The notes: generated by a model not told the origin, from the sequence alone. A DNA stretch of 25,915 bases from a virus (IMGVR_UViG_3300030059_000658:1-25915), one strand, 5' to 3'; shown: positions 1-7,628, counted from the first letter of the stretch. Numbers and translations: made by a program.

Positions 1-39
1 CTCCTTACGATCTCTATACTTGTGTTTTCTTTTTGTCAT
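1..39 (-). CDS. Partial ORF running off the window (MTKRKHKYRDRKE...), unknown product
   Basis: ATG at 39..37, 8 nt after the primase-helicase stop; frame stays open to the window edge. Confidence 0.4.
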   Translation of the reverse strand, partial: MTKRKHKYRDRKE

Positions 40-47
40 CTTAAAAA

Positions 48-1736
48 TTACTCCATTACACTATCAAATAAAGCTGTGTCATTTGAAGGCTTGTTAGGTT
101 CTTCTTCGTTGTCATCATCAGATAGTTCAGAAGAATCAATCTCAACTTGTCGGCCTGTGTTCCTATCATATTGAAGGTATGAAGCAGGGCCAGTATCACC
201 ACTGAATCTATTCTTTAAGACACGAATTAAAGTAGTGTTACGTATCTCTTCGTCTTCATTCTGAGAGTCACGTTCTAAACCAAGAACCATATCAGATAGC
301 TGTGCGATACCTTGACTGCCTCTAAGATGACTAAGAGCTACTTGGCTACCACCTTCATGGCCATCACCCGATATTCTTTTAAGGTGAGTAACTACTCCAA
401 GATGTATGTTAAGTTCTTGTACAAGCATACGTAACTTAGTCATTACCTCATCAATAGCTCTTCGTTCGTCACCAAATTCTTGAGATGAAACTATAATAGA
501 TATGTGATCAAGGAATATAAACTTACAGTCCAACCCCTTTGCCATAAATCTTACCCGTGACAGAAGCTGATCAATACCCCATGAACCAAAGTGATCAAAC
601 AAGAACACTCTTCTGTCCATTGATAAGGTATCAAAGGCTTCTTTAAATTCTTGATCACTGTATTCACATGTCGGTAGATGCATAGGCTTGTTAGCATGTA
701 TGCCCATGAGAGCTAGACCTGTGCGTCTAACACTTTCTTCTAAGAACAACATACCTACATTAAATTTACTTTGCGTAAGCACATGATAAGCCAACTCTCT
801 TACCGTTGTAGACTTACCTGCACCAGTACCAGCGGCAAAGGTACACAGCTCACCTAAACGCATACCGTATGTTAGTTTCTGAAGACCCTCCCACGGGTAA
901 TCGACAGCAATTATATCTTCCTTTTCATTAAGAGAGTCCCACATATCAGAAAGACAAACGATACCTTCAGGTGTGTATTGTTTCTTATTGTTAAACCATT
1001 CTGAAACAAAGTCTTTTGATTTGTTTACCTTTAGATATTCACAAGGATCTTTTAATGCTGTTGTAAGAATGTGACATTTACCGGGAGTAAACAGATCAGC
1101 AACATCTTGTGCAGCTTTCATCCCTACCTTGTCGGAGTCAAAACAGATGACCACATTATCAAAAGAATCTAAGAACTCAAGAGATCGTTTACAGTCTTTA
1201 AGGCCAGACCCTGCACCATTACGTATAGACACAACAGGATAGTTACCTAACATCTGATGAGCGGCCATCGCGTCTAACTCGCCTTCACATATAGTGATGA
1301 ACTTAGAAGGGCTACCAAACAGCTGTTGTCCAAACAAACTTGTAACAGGCCAGCTACCTGATGTACGAAAGTCTTTTTCAACTACATCCCTAACCTTATA
1401 AGCGGCTAGTTTATTACTTTTATCGTAATAAGGATAGTTATGATGGGTTACTGTACCGTCTTCATTTTTAGTGATAGTGACGTTGTATTTCTTACAGGTT
1501 TCTAATGTAATACCACGATCAGTTAAAGCAGAGAAAGATCCTTGCTGTGTCGTTATTGTATTATCTCGTATTGTAGACGCTACTGATGTAGCCATATCGT
1601 TTTCTCCATTACTTGTTTGTTTATCTTTTGAATAGGTATGACAGGCAAAGCACCACCCAGTACCGTCATCGTACTGGGCGTTAGCGTTTGATGACCCACA
1701 ATTAGGACACGCTTCATGCTTTTTGAATACACCCAT
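48..1736 (-). CDS. T7 gp4-like DNA primase-helicase
   Basis: N-terminal Zn finger (CPNC...CFAC), TOPRIM motifs (ICEGELDA, FDSDKVG, KDPCEYL), DnaB-type helicase motifs (AGTGAGKST, IFLDH, LRGSQGIAQLSD, KNRFSG), acidic C-terminal tail. Confidence 0.96.
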   Translation of the reverse strand: MGVFKKHEACPNCGSSNANAQYDDGTGWCFACHTYSKDKQTSNGENDMATSVASTIRDNTITTQQGSFSALTDRGITLETCKKYNVTITKNEDGTVTHHNYPYYDKSNKLAAYKVRDVVEKDFRTSGSWPVTSLFGQQLFGSPSKFITICEGELDAMAAHQMLGNYPVVSIRNGAGSGLKDCKRSLEFLDSFDNVVICFDSDKVGMKAAQDVADLFTPGKCHILTTALKDPCEYLKVNKSKDFVSEWFNNKKQYTPEGIVCLSDMWDSLNEKEDIIAVDYPWEGLQKLTYGMRLGELCTFAAGTGAGKSTTVRELAYHVLTQSKFNVGMLFLEESVRRTGLALMGIHANKPMHLPTCEYSDQEFKEAFDTLSMDRRVFLFDHFGSWGIDQLLSRVRFMAKGLDCKFIFLDHISIIVSSQEFGDERRAIDEVMTKLRMLVQELNIHLGVVTHLKRISGDGHEGGSQVALSHLRGSQGIAQLSDMVLGLERDSQNEDEEIRNTTLIRVLKNRFSGDTGPASYLQYDRNTGRQVEIDSSELSDDDNEEEPNKPSNDTALFDSVME

Positions 1737-1996
1737 TACTGTGAATCAAAGGCATTTTTTAAATGATAACTTGCATCAACAAGTTTACGGTACTCCGACA
1801 TGTACATATCACCATCACAATCTCTTGATTGTCCTACTGGTTCACATATCATCGGACTGATCCTGCGAATGAATTCAATAGGATCAATCTTGTCTTCATC
1901 CCAACTCCAATAAACAGTTTTAGACTGTGCTAATTGTCTTTTAAGTTTAACTATTTCGCGTCTAAGAATTGAAGTCTCTTTAGTAGGTATAGGCAT
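1736..1996 (-). CDS. Hypothetical protein (86 aa)
   Basis: AGGAGAG RBS; TAATG overlap with the primase start. Confidence 0.8.
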   Translation of the reverse strand: MPIPTKETSILRREIVKLKRQLAQSKTVYWSWDEDKIDPIEFIRRISPMICEPVGQSRDCDGDMYMSEYRKLVDASYHLKNAFDSQ

Positions 1997-2120
1997 AGTT
2001 TCTCTCCTTTAAATGCTTTGGTTTACGTTGATAGCCACCCTTTCCTTTCTTTGAAGGGATAACTTTTTTAGACAAGGCTCTTAGCCATTGCCATGAAGGA
2101 TCACGTTTCTTCTGTGTCAC
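1980..2120 (-). CDS. ArfA-like small basic protein, 46 aa (MTQKKRDPSWQWLRALSKKVIPSKKGKGGYQRKPKHLKERNYAYTY); not in the ORF track
   Basis: GTG start with AGGA 8 nt upstream; fills the gap between neighbouring genes; KKGKGGYQRKPKH matches the ArfA core KKGKGSYxRKxKH. Confidence 0.7.
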   Translation of the reverse strand: MTQKKRDPSWQWLRALSKKVIPSKKGKGGYQRKPKHLKERNYAYTY

Positions 2121-2268
2121 CCTTACATTCCTTTAAATCTAAAAGTTTATAGAACTCAGATGGATCTTTCGAGAATTCACCTGAGTTACAGATGATACAA
2201 GAAATGGGTTCTTGTTCTACTAAGTGGGTGTATCCACAGTTCATACAAGACCACACCGCATCAACCAT
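2101..2268 (-). CDS. Small rubredoxin/Zn-ribbon-like protein (MVDAVWSCMNCG...CIICNS)
   Basis: Two CxxC pairs; start moved from 2301 to ATG 2268, which has an AGGAGAG RBS. Confidence 0.75.
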   Translation of the reverse strand: MVDAVWSCMNCGYTHLVEQEPISCIICNSGEFSKDPSEFYKLLDLKECKGDTEET

Positions 2269-2422
2269 CTTCACTCTCCTTTTCTTTCGGTAAATACACA
2301 TCTACAATAGATTCACATTTAGGGCAACTTAAATTTGTAACCATACAATAAGTTTCGTCTTCGTCACTTATATCGTGATCACAGCCCCAAATTAATTCAG
2401 TTTGACAATTCCAACAGTTCAT
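2261..2422 (-). CDS. Small Zn-finger protein, 53 aa (MNCWNCQTELIWGCDHD...NLSCPKC...); not in the ORF track
   Basis: CxxC...CxxC; ATGA overlap with the upstream gene; resembles a small protein type common in marine phages. Confidence 0.75.
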   Translation of the reverse strand: MNCWNCQTELIWGCDHDISDEDETYCMVTNLSCPKCESIVDVYLPKEKESEDG

Positions 2423-2607
2423 AACGGTAACTCTGTCTGTTTTTTGTCATCTTCCTTCTTACTAAATGAAAATTTTACAGTCAAAGTATCACCATCAAGG
2501 TCAAAGTTTATGATTTTATAGGTTATACCAGTACCTAATACATTCTCATATAAACAGTTAAGTAGTTCTTCTTTAGTCATGTGACCAAACTTATTGTAGT
2601 CAAACAT
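2419..2607 (-). CDS. Hypothetical protein (62 aa)
   Basis: GGAGAAGGA RBS; tight packing with neighbours. Confidence 0.7.
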   Translation of the reverse strand: MFDYNKFGHMTKEELLNCLYENVLGTGITYKIINFDLDGDTLTVKFSFSKKEDDKKQTELPL

Positions 2608-2737
2608 CTTCCTTCTCCTTCCATACTCTTAGTCGAATATAAAATCCATTTCCTTCACTATCCCAATTATAATCAAAGTTCTCACCGTAATGTTCTTGTA
2701 GAACACCAATTAACTCATGTTCAAAGTCTTTATTCAT
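2600..2737 (-). CDS. Hypothetical protein, 45 aa (MNKDFEHELIG...); not in the ORF track
   Basis: GGAGAG RBS; fills the gap and overlaps both neighbours. Confidence 0.65.
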   Translation of the reverse strand: MNKDFEHELIGVLQEHYGENFDYNWDSEGNGFYIRLRVWKEKEDV

Positions 2738-2912
2738 CTTGCTCTCCAATCTGTAACAAATTGTAACTAAATTTGTTTATGTTTATTTTTTTTGTTTTTA
2801 AACGGTAATGAATTTCGAATCGACCTGTTACATAAACCTCGAAATTTCTCCCGTCAAGCGATACTTTCGTGTCGGGGTTATTTTTTTTTATTTTGTGATA
2901 AAAATACCACAT
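2730..2912 (-). CDS. Hypothetical basic protein (60 aa)
   Basis: Co-oriented and packed between the SleB-like gene and the next small gene. Confidence 0.55.
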   Translation of the reverse strand: MWYFYHKIKKNNPDTKVSLDGRNFEVYVTGRFEIHYRLKTKKININKFSYNLLQIGEQDE

Positions 2913-2918
2913 TTTAAT

Positions 2919-3329
2919 TTATTTATAGAATATATGATCTCCGATGATCTCAAGTGGTTGTTTTCTCAGGCTCCATTTAGGGTCAACCGATAGTGAATGA
3001 TAGAATAAAGCACCGCCAGTCTGGTCTGATGCAACACCATATAAAACCATCATGGATACGTGTAAAGACCACCTGTAAGCATCTTTATCCGTTGGAATAT
3101 CAGACAGTCCATCACAGTACCAGCTGAACTGACACTTGTTTTTTATCATGTGTCCTTGTTTAGTTATATATCCCTGTTTCACTACAGAACAGATATCATC
3201 TGGATATTTATCACTTTTAACACGGTTTAAAACCACGCTATTTACGGCAATTTGTCCATCAATAGATTGATTTCTGGCCTCAAAATACATATTCAAGGCC
3301 AGACATGTCAAAGCTGACTCAATCAACAT
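2919..3329 (-). CDS. SleB/CwlJ-like cell wall hydrolase (Hydrolase_2 family)
   Basis: CLALNMYFEARNQ..GQIAV..VVLNRV...YP..IC.VV.Q, CQFSWYCDG, IGDHIFYK. Confidence 0.93.
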   Translation of the reverse strand: MLIESALTCLALNMYFEARNQSIDGQIAVNSVVLNRVKSDKYPDDICSVVKQGYITKQGHMIKNKCQFSWYCDGLSDIPTDKDAYRWSLHVSMMVLYGVASDQTGGALFYHSLSVDPKWSLRKQPLEIIGDHIFYK

Positions 3330-3480
3330 TAGTTTTTAACTCCATATCGCCTAAGTAATCTTTGTATGCTTTTTTACGCATGTAGTCGTTCCACCACCAT
3401 GCTGGCATAACGTTATACTTCATTTCATAACCATTTTGCCATTCAAAATAGTCCATTTTATCTGAGAATAATTTGTTCAT
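3319..3480 (-). CDS. Hypothetical Trp/Tyr-rich protein
   Basis: Likely start MNKLF at 3480, preceded by AAGGGTGA. Confidence 0.65.
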   Translation of the reverse strand: MNKLFSDKMDYFEWQNGYEMKYNVMPAWWWNDYMRKKAYKDYLGDMELKTNVD

Positions 3481-3619
3481 GTTTATCACCCTTTCCATAA
3501 TTAAATAAGTGTTCATATGGGCAATCTGTAATGTTACACGGCATTACAAAATCTTTAGGTCTGCCCAGTTTACGTATTAGTTTTATACTACATATCTTAC
3601 AATTGGTTCTTCGCGGCAT
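3458..3619 (-). CDS. Small Cys-containing protein, 53 aa (MPRRTNCKIC...PCNITDCPY...); not in the ORF track
   Basis: CxxC...CxxxxC; fills a gap; RBS weak. Confidence 0.5.
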   Translation of the reverse strand: MPRRTNCKICSIKLIRKLGRPKDFVMPCNITDCPYEHLFNYGKGDKHEQIILR

Positions 3620-3630
3620 ATGAGATTTAA

Positions 3631-3655
3631 CTGGGACACCTTTACAATGCCCCAG
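3631..3655 (-). other. Intergenic RNA hairpin (CUGGGGCAUU-GUAAA-GGUGUCCCAG)
   Basis: 10-bp stem with G-U pairs only on the minus-strand transcript; no U-tract, so a processing/stability element or a weak terminator. Confidence 0.45.
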
Positions 3656-3673
3656 CCCTGTATGGTTAAATGT

Positions 3674-3748
3674 TTAATTACCAACAACTAAAACTGTTAA
3701 TAATATTACGATGATCCAAGACAACCAGATAATTACATTATTATGCAT
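3674..3748 (-). CDS. Putative 24-aa single-TM peptide (MHNNVIIWLSWIIVILLTVLVVGN)
   Basis: Starts 3 nt after the DUF932-like stop; uniformly hydrophobic. Confidence 0.4.
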   Translation of the reverse strand: MHNNVIIWLSWIIVILLTVLVVGN

Positions 3749-3751
3749 AAT

Positions 3752-4657
3752 CTATACCGACACCGAATGACGTTCTAAAGTCTTAAACGTTTCAGAATTT
3801 AACCATCTACCCACCTGTGCTTGGCGGTTAAATGAGGTCACACCATCGTGGTTATTTCCAGTGTTACGGGTAGGAAAACGTCCGTCAAAATGTGACGCAT
3901 AGTTGGTCAAAGTGGATACAACAGCCCAGAGATTATTACCTCTAACACTTATTTCTTCTTTATATTGATCCTGTAATCTTTCAGCATTACGTTCTGAAAT
4001 ACCTTTGAGATTGTTAAAGAAGTCATTCACATATGGAGTCAATATAGTCGTTTCCGCATATCTTTGGTACTTTTCAATGTCTGAATTAAAGCGAACCAAA
4101 CCTTTTGATACGTTTCCGATAAATGATTTTAAATCGAATCCGCTTGTTCGCTTTTGCGATGATGTATCATAATCACCAGATATTAATCCATTACTGCAAA
4201 ATGTATCAATGTTACCAATAATAATCTTACAACGGGATGATCCATCAAAACAATTCCAGCCAATAACACGAAAGTTTAAGCTGGTTTTATGTCTGCTTGT
4301 TTCAATAGTTTTAGCTAATGATGGAAAGTGATATTCCCGTATTGATACTGCGCCTTGATGTGATGCACTATCTTTGACCTCCATAGTGTCCATGACAATA
4401 GGGTCAAAGTAATCTGTCAGCTGGTCCTCAATACCACTGAAAAAATGATCATTTTGAACCAGTGTATAACTATTCTCTTTGAAAATACCAAGACAATCAT
4501 CAGTATCAGTTCGAAATACGCCCTGATAATCACCTGCTCTTTTAGTTATAAAATCACCATACAATGGTGGAGAAACATTATCTAATTGTCTCTCATTGCT
4601 GTACAGATTACGCATCTCAGTATTAAACATTAAGTCTGTGTTTTCTTGATTTAACAT
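3752..4657 (-). CDS. DUF932-family phage/plasmid protein
   Basis: FRTDTDDCLG...Y.LVQN and N.FDGSS...FCSNGL motifs typical of DUF932; 301 aa. Confidence 0.8.
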   Translation of the reverse strand: MLNQENTDLMFNTEMRNLYSNERQLDNVSPPLYGDFITKRAGDYQGVFRTDTDDCLGIFKENSYTLVQNDHFFSGIEDQLTDYFDPIVMDTMEVKDSASHQGAVSIREYHFPSLAKTIETSRHKTSLNFRVIGWNCFDGSSRCKIIIGNIDTFCSNGLISGDYDTSSQKRTSGFDLKSFIGNVSKGLVRFNSDIEKYQRYAETTILTPYVNDFFNNLKGISERNAERLQDQYKEEISVRGNNLWAVVSTLTNYASHFDGRFPTRNTGNNHDGVTSFNRQAQVGRWLNSETFKTLERHSVSV

Positions 4658-4659
4658 GT

Positions 4660-4911
4660 TTAAGCTCTCCAGTTTTTAGGTTGATTATGGGGAATATCAG
4701 AGAAGATTTCAAGATCATTCAAGAAATCATTAATATCCTCAATAGGAACATCAGTAATGCGTTCTGCATCACTCATGCTTAGAATGTCACCAATAACGTG
4801 TTTAGGTAACACGTCATGGGTCTTTAGGTTCCATGTTTTTTGATGAATTACATGTGCTTCATTAAACATTTCTTGGAACCAGTTATTACCTTCCTTGATT
4901 TTTTCAGACAT
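4660..4911 (-). CDS. Hypothetical protein (83 aa)
   Basis: Co-oriented and tightly packed. Confidence 0.7.
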   Translation of the reverse strand: MSEKIKEGNNWFQEMFNEAHVIHQKTWNLKTHDVLPKHVIGDILSMSDAERITDVPIEDINDFLNDLEIFSDIPHNQPKNWRA

Positions 4912-4918
4912 TTTGTGG

Positions 4919-5116
4919 TTATTTAACCCCCTTTTTATATTTTAATTTCCAATAAACATCACCATTGATGTCAAATACTTGAACAGATTTAGGATCAAGT
5001 GGTTGTCCATCCACATAGTGCCATTCTGCACCTTTGTCCTGTTCTTTTTTAAACGTGTCTAAAGCATCAGCATTCGTGATGCCAAAGAATAATGGTATTA
5101 AAAATAGTGCAATCAT
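4919..5116 (-). CDS. Hypothetical exported/membrane-anchored protein
   Basis: AAGGT RBS; hydrophobic N-terminus MIALFLIPLFFG followed by A-D-A. Confidence 0.7.
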   Translation of the reverse strand: MIALFLIPLFFGITNADALDTFKKEQDKGAEWHYVDGQPLDPKSVQVFDINGDVYWKLKYKKGVK

Positions 5117-5127
5117 GTTTTAACCTT

Positions 5128-5817
5128 TCAATGTATGTTGTAAATAGTGTGCCGATTGGCCTTATCCCAACACTTGCGACACGGTCCACAAGTGTTTGAA
5201 TGCTGGTCTGAGGGACAATTATGTCCATCAGTAGTGGAAACAGACGAAGAATTGTACCAAGTATTTTTGGTATAATCATGGTCATTAAGTTTAATATGAC
5301 TAACACGAATACAGAGATTGAATGGTATATCATTTCTTTGATCTAATCCATGTAGTCGTTTACGTTCTTGGGTAGGTAACCAAAAATTAACAAAAGGTAA
5401 TTCTTCAGCAATTACAATAATGTCCTCTAACATTTTCTTATGTGGTATATCACCAGAATCTAACCACCTAAAATATGGATCATCATAATCAATATAACGA
5501 TCAATAAGCATGATCATTGCCTCTTTCCAGTTAGAGTGATACGTGCCAATTAAGCGCAATAATTGCCCATGTTTGAGAGATTTATAGGTATAATTACCCC
5601 TGTTATCAGCGTAACATTTATAACATGGAGTGTTAGGAATATCACTCAATTTAGAGCCTACTTTGCACCCATAATCAACAGGTAAAGGCAAGTTTAACTC
5701 TTTGCAATACTCAGGAACCCATGATGCTTTAGCGGCTGGTAAGCCATAAGACAGCCCCGGCATTTTGCTAGGGTTGCCTAATGATCCTATGATCTCTTTT
5801 GCTTCTTTAACTAACAT
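5128..5817 (-). CDS. GP88-like Cys-rich protein (possible Fe-S / radical-SAM-like)
   Basis: SKMPG, C-x13-CYKCYA, YFRWLDSGD, FWLPTQE, IRVS, CP...CGPCRKCW; start moved to ATG 5817 (AAGGGG RBS). Confidence 0.8.
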   Translation of the reverse strand: MLVKEAKEIIGSLGNPSKMPGLSYGLPAAKASWVPEYCKELNLPLPVDYGCKVGSKLSDIPNTPCYKCYADNRGNYTYKSLKHGQLLRLIGTYHSNWKEAMIMLIDRYIDYDDPYFRWLDSGDIPHKKMLEDIIVIAEELPFVNFWLPTQERKRLHGLDQRNDIPFNLCIRVSHIKLNDHDYTKNTWYNSSSVSTTDGHNCPSDQHSNTCGPCRKCWDKANRHTIYNIH

Positions 5818-6016
5818 GATTAAACCCCTTTTTCCATTTACCAAAACCTAAATACTTCCACCTATTGTTTAGTTTTTTAGGCTGTTTGATCCTATCAGAA
5901 ACCAAACACCGTTTGGCTCCAGATAAAGTACGATAAAAATGACCAGTATCATCTGAGAAAAAGATACTTTTAGATCCATTCTTTACCTTTTCAAATATTG
6001 ACCACGAATTAAACAT
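5807..6016 (-). CDS. Hypothetical basic protein
   Basis: Likely start MFNSW at 6016 with a GAAGGA RBS. Confidence 0.65.
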   Translation of the reverse strand: MFNSWSIFEKVKNGSKSIFFSDDTGHFYRTLSGAKRCLVSDRIKQPKKLNNRWKYLGFGKWKKGFNHVS

Positions 6017-6230
6017 GTTTTGACATCCTTCCACGTACAAGTATTTCATCACACATGCCTAAGATGTCCATCTTACTGAACTTGTCCATAGTCTGAGCAA
6101 TCCGAACCCAAATAACATCATTGTTGCAGGTGTCACAGCACGTACCATCCGGTAAAATAGGCCATGCATTATTACCCCACTCGTTATCTAACTCTTGATT
6201 ACAGATGTCACAGTTTTGATTCTTATCCAT
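6009..6230 (-). CDS. Small Zn-binding protein (CDIC...GNNAWP...CCDTCN)
   Basis: Likely start MDKNQ at 6230 with a GAAGGA RBS; Cys pattern. Confidence 0.75.
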   Translation of the reverse strand: MDKNQNCDICNQELDNEWGNNAWPILPDGTCCDTCNNDVIWVRIAQTMDKFSKMDILGMCDEILVRGRMSKHV

Positions 6231-6450
6231 GATTAAGCATCCTTCCGACTGGTGCATTGTCACGAATACACATGATTGCATGGTGGAATGTATCAAAGTA
6301 TCCTAAAGTCTCACCAGATTCATCCCTTGCTTGCCACAGCTTACCGTTAGGATGTTCAGTTAACATCTTTACATCACCCCATCCAGCAAATGGATAAGCC
6401 TTGTTATCATGCATGGAATGGCTGAATCTTTCGTCATCAAATTTGATCAT
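6223..6450 (-). CDS. Hypothetical protein (75 aa)
   Basis: AAGGGGA RBS; ATGA overlap. Confidence 0.7.
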   Translation of the reverse strand: MIKFDDERFSHSMHDNKAYPFAGWGDVKMLTEHPNGKLWQARDESGETLGYFDTFHHAIMCIRDNAPVGRMLNHG

Positions 6451-6698
6451 GAGTTATCCCCTTTTTTGATTACTTTGTTTTCGTCGTTAATGGTTAATTG
6501 TAAAGCGTCAACGGTCCTGTAAATGGATGATGATGTGTTCGAAAACACACAAACTTTAAACTCCTCTTGTTTACCGTCATCAAGACAAGTAAATGTAATT
6601 TCTCTCCATGATGAAAACTCTTTGTTAGTAGTGTCCTCCAGTGTGGTGACCTCACTAACGTCTATATTGGAAACATGGTGCATATTTAAATTATTCAT
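6447..6698 (-). CDS. Hypothetical protein, first gene of the leftward operon
   Basis: GGAGAG RBS directly downstream of a promoter. Confidence 0.75.
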   Translation of the reverse strand: MNNLNMHHVSNIDVSEVTTLEDTTNKEFSSWREITFTCLDDGKQEEFKVCVFSNTSSSIYRTVDALQLTINDENKVIKKGDNS

Positions 6699-6739
6699 AG
6701 TGTGTATTTCTCTCCGTTTTGGTTTGTTGCAATGGCCCC

Positions 6740-6767
6740 ATTATCGCGATTTCGAAATTTTCGTCAA
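6740..6767 (-). promoter_or_regulatory. Sigma70-like leftward early promoter
   Basis: TTGACG (6767-6762), 16 nt, GATAAT (6745-6740); spacer carries palindromes ATCGCGAT and ATTTCGAAAT. Confidence 0.7.
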
Positions 6768-6779
6768 GTGTTCATTTGC

Positions 6780-7200
6780 GGCGTTCATGTCCCTTACTGA
6801 CTCAGCGTGACTCAGACATGAAATGTCGCTTTTTTCCGTTGGTGTTGCAAAAAAGCCACAGCCCCTTGTTTGATATTGATAAATTACACGTTGAACAACA
6901 GACATCTATAAGGTGTAGACACGTATTAGGCCCAGTATTGTGTGGGTAACATCACAGAATCAACCCTTGATTCCGTTGTAACAGAATTTTACATGTCTGA
7001 ACCTAAACTGGTTCTAGTTTGGCTAGTCACACAAACCAGTTCAGACATGAACCAGCTGAGACATGTCTGGGACATGGGCGACTGTGACATAAATGACACT
7101 GTCAAGCACTATTTGGCTCAAGAATGGATCAAACAAGGCGGCGCGCGTCGGCTCAGATACCTACCATAATCTACCGGGTCGGTCTGTCACACATGTGCAG
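6780..7200. repeat. Divergent non-coding block with recurrent GACAT(G) motifs and inverted repeats
   Basis: TGACTCAG x2 (6798, 6808); GAATCAA-ccc-TTGATTC (6957-6973); CATGTCTGAAC/GTTCAGACATG (6992-7002/7039-7049); AGACATGTCT (7059-7068); CACATGTG (7190-7197). Confidence 0.7.
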
Positions 7201-7234
7201 GATCATATATAAATAAAACCAAATAAAATAAATG

Positions 7235-7263
7235 TAGACAATGTAATTAAGATGTAGTAATAT
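7235..7263 (+). promoter_or_regulatory. Cassette-1 promoter
   Basis: TAGACA-17-TAATAT with an A-rich UP-like tract upstream. Confidence 0.7.
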
Positions 7264-7302
7264 TGAGTTGCCACTAATGGCGTAACAATAGGAGAGTAAA
7301 AA

Positions 7303-7503
7303 ATGTTAAAAGATATAGTAGTTTCAAAAAATGGCGATCTCGTAATCACAATGGGAACTAATGCCTCGACAGCGGCGGCTTGTCCAACGTCAAAGTCTGG
7401 CAAAACAAAAGTGGTTTCCTCAACTGGCGGTTTCGCTAAAATCTCAACCAAAGAGTTTGGCATGGTAGGCGTTAACATCAACGTTACTGCCGCGAACGCA
7501 TAA
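7303..7503 (+). CDS. Small beta-rich hypothetical protein (..PTSKSGKTKVVSSTGGF..)
   Basis: AGGAGAG RBS; own promoter and terminator; SxSGKTxxxxSTxG pattern resembles a conserved small hypothetical family. Confidence 0.85.
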   Translation: MLKDIVVSKNGDLVITMGTNASTAAACPTSKSGKTKVVSSTGGFAKISTKEFGMVGVNINVTAANA

Positions 7504-7520
7504 CTCCCTAGCGTAAACTT

Positions 7521-7552
7521 GGCCTCCACCGGAAACGGTGGGGGTTTTTTTT
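7521..7552 (+). terminator. Intrinsic terminator
   Basis: GCCTCCACCG-GAAA-CGGTGGGGGT stem with GNRA loop, then a T8 tract. Confidence 0.9.
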
Positions 7553-7611
7553 CGTATCGGTAAAATTCCTAAGAACTATGGACCTCACTGCGTTCGGACT
7601 CATTATTCGCC

Positions 7612-7628
7612 TGTCGGCTCCTGATATA
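7612..7628 (+). repeat. 17-bp direct repeat, copy 1 (TGTCGGCTCCTGATATA)
   Basis: Exact copy at 8054-8070; partial copy GTCGGCTC at 7147-7154. Confidence 0.9.

Noticed and set aside
2581-5333. ORFs 2581-2766(+), 2808-2993(+) and 5067-5333(-)
   Set aside because: Antisense or out-of-frame overlaps of better-supported genes
6870-6883. FNR-like box TTGAT-ATTG-ATAAA
   Set aside because: One mismatch in AT-rich sequence and not positioned at a predicted promoter; likely chance
6523-7169. Plus-strand ORFs 6523-6810, 6719-6949 and 6942-7169
   Set aside because: No RBS; they overlap a real minus-strand gene, the promoter and the repeat block
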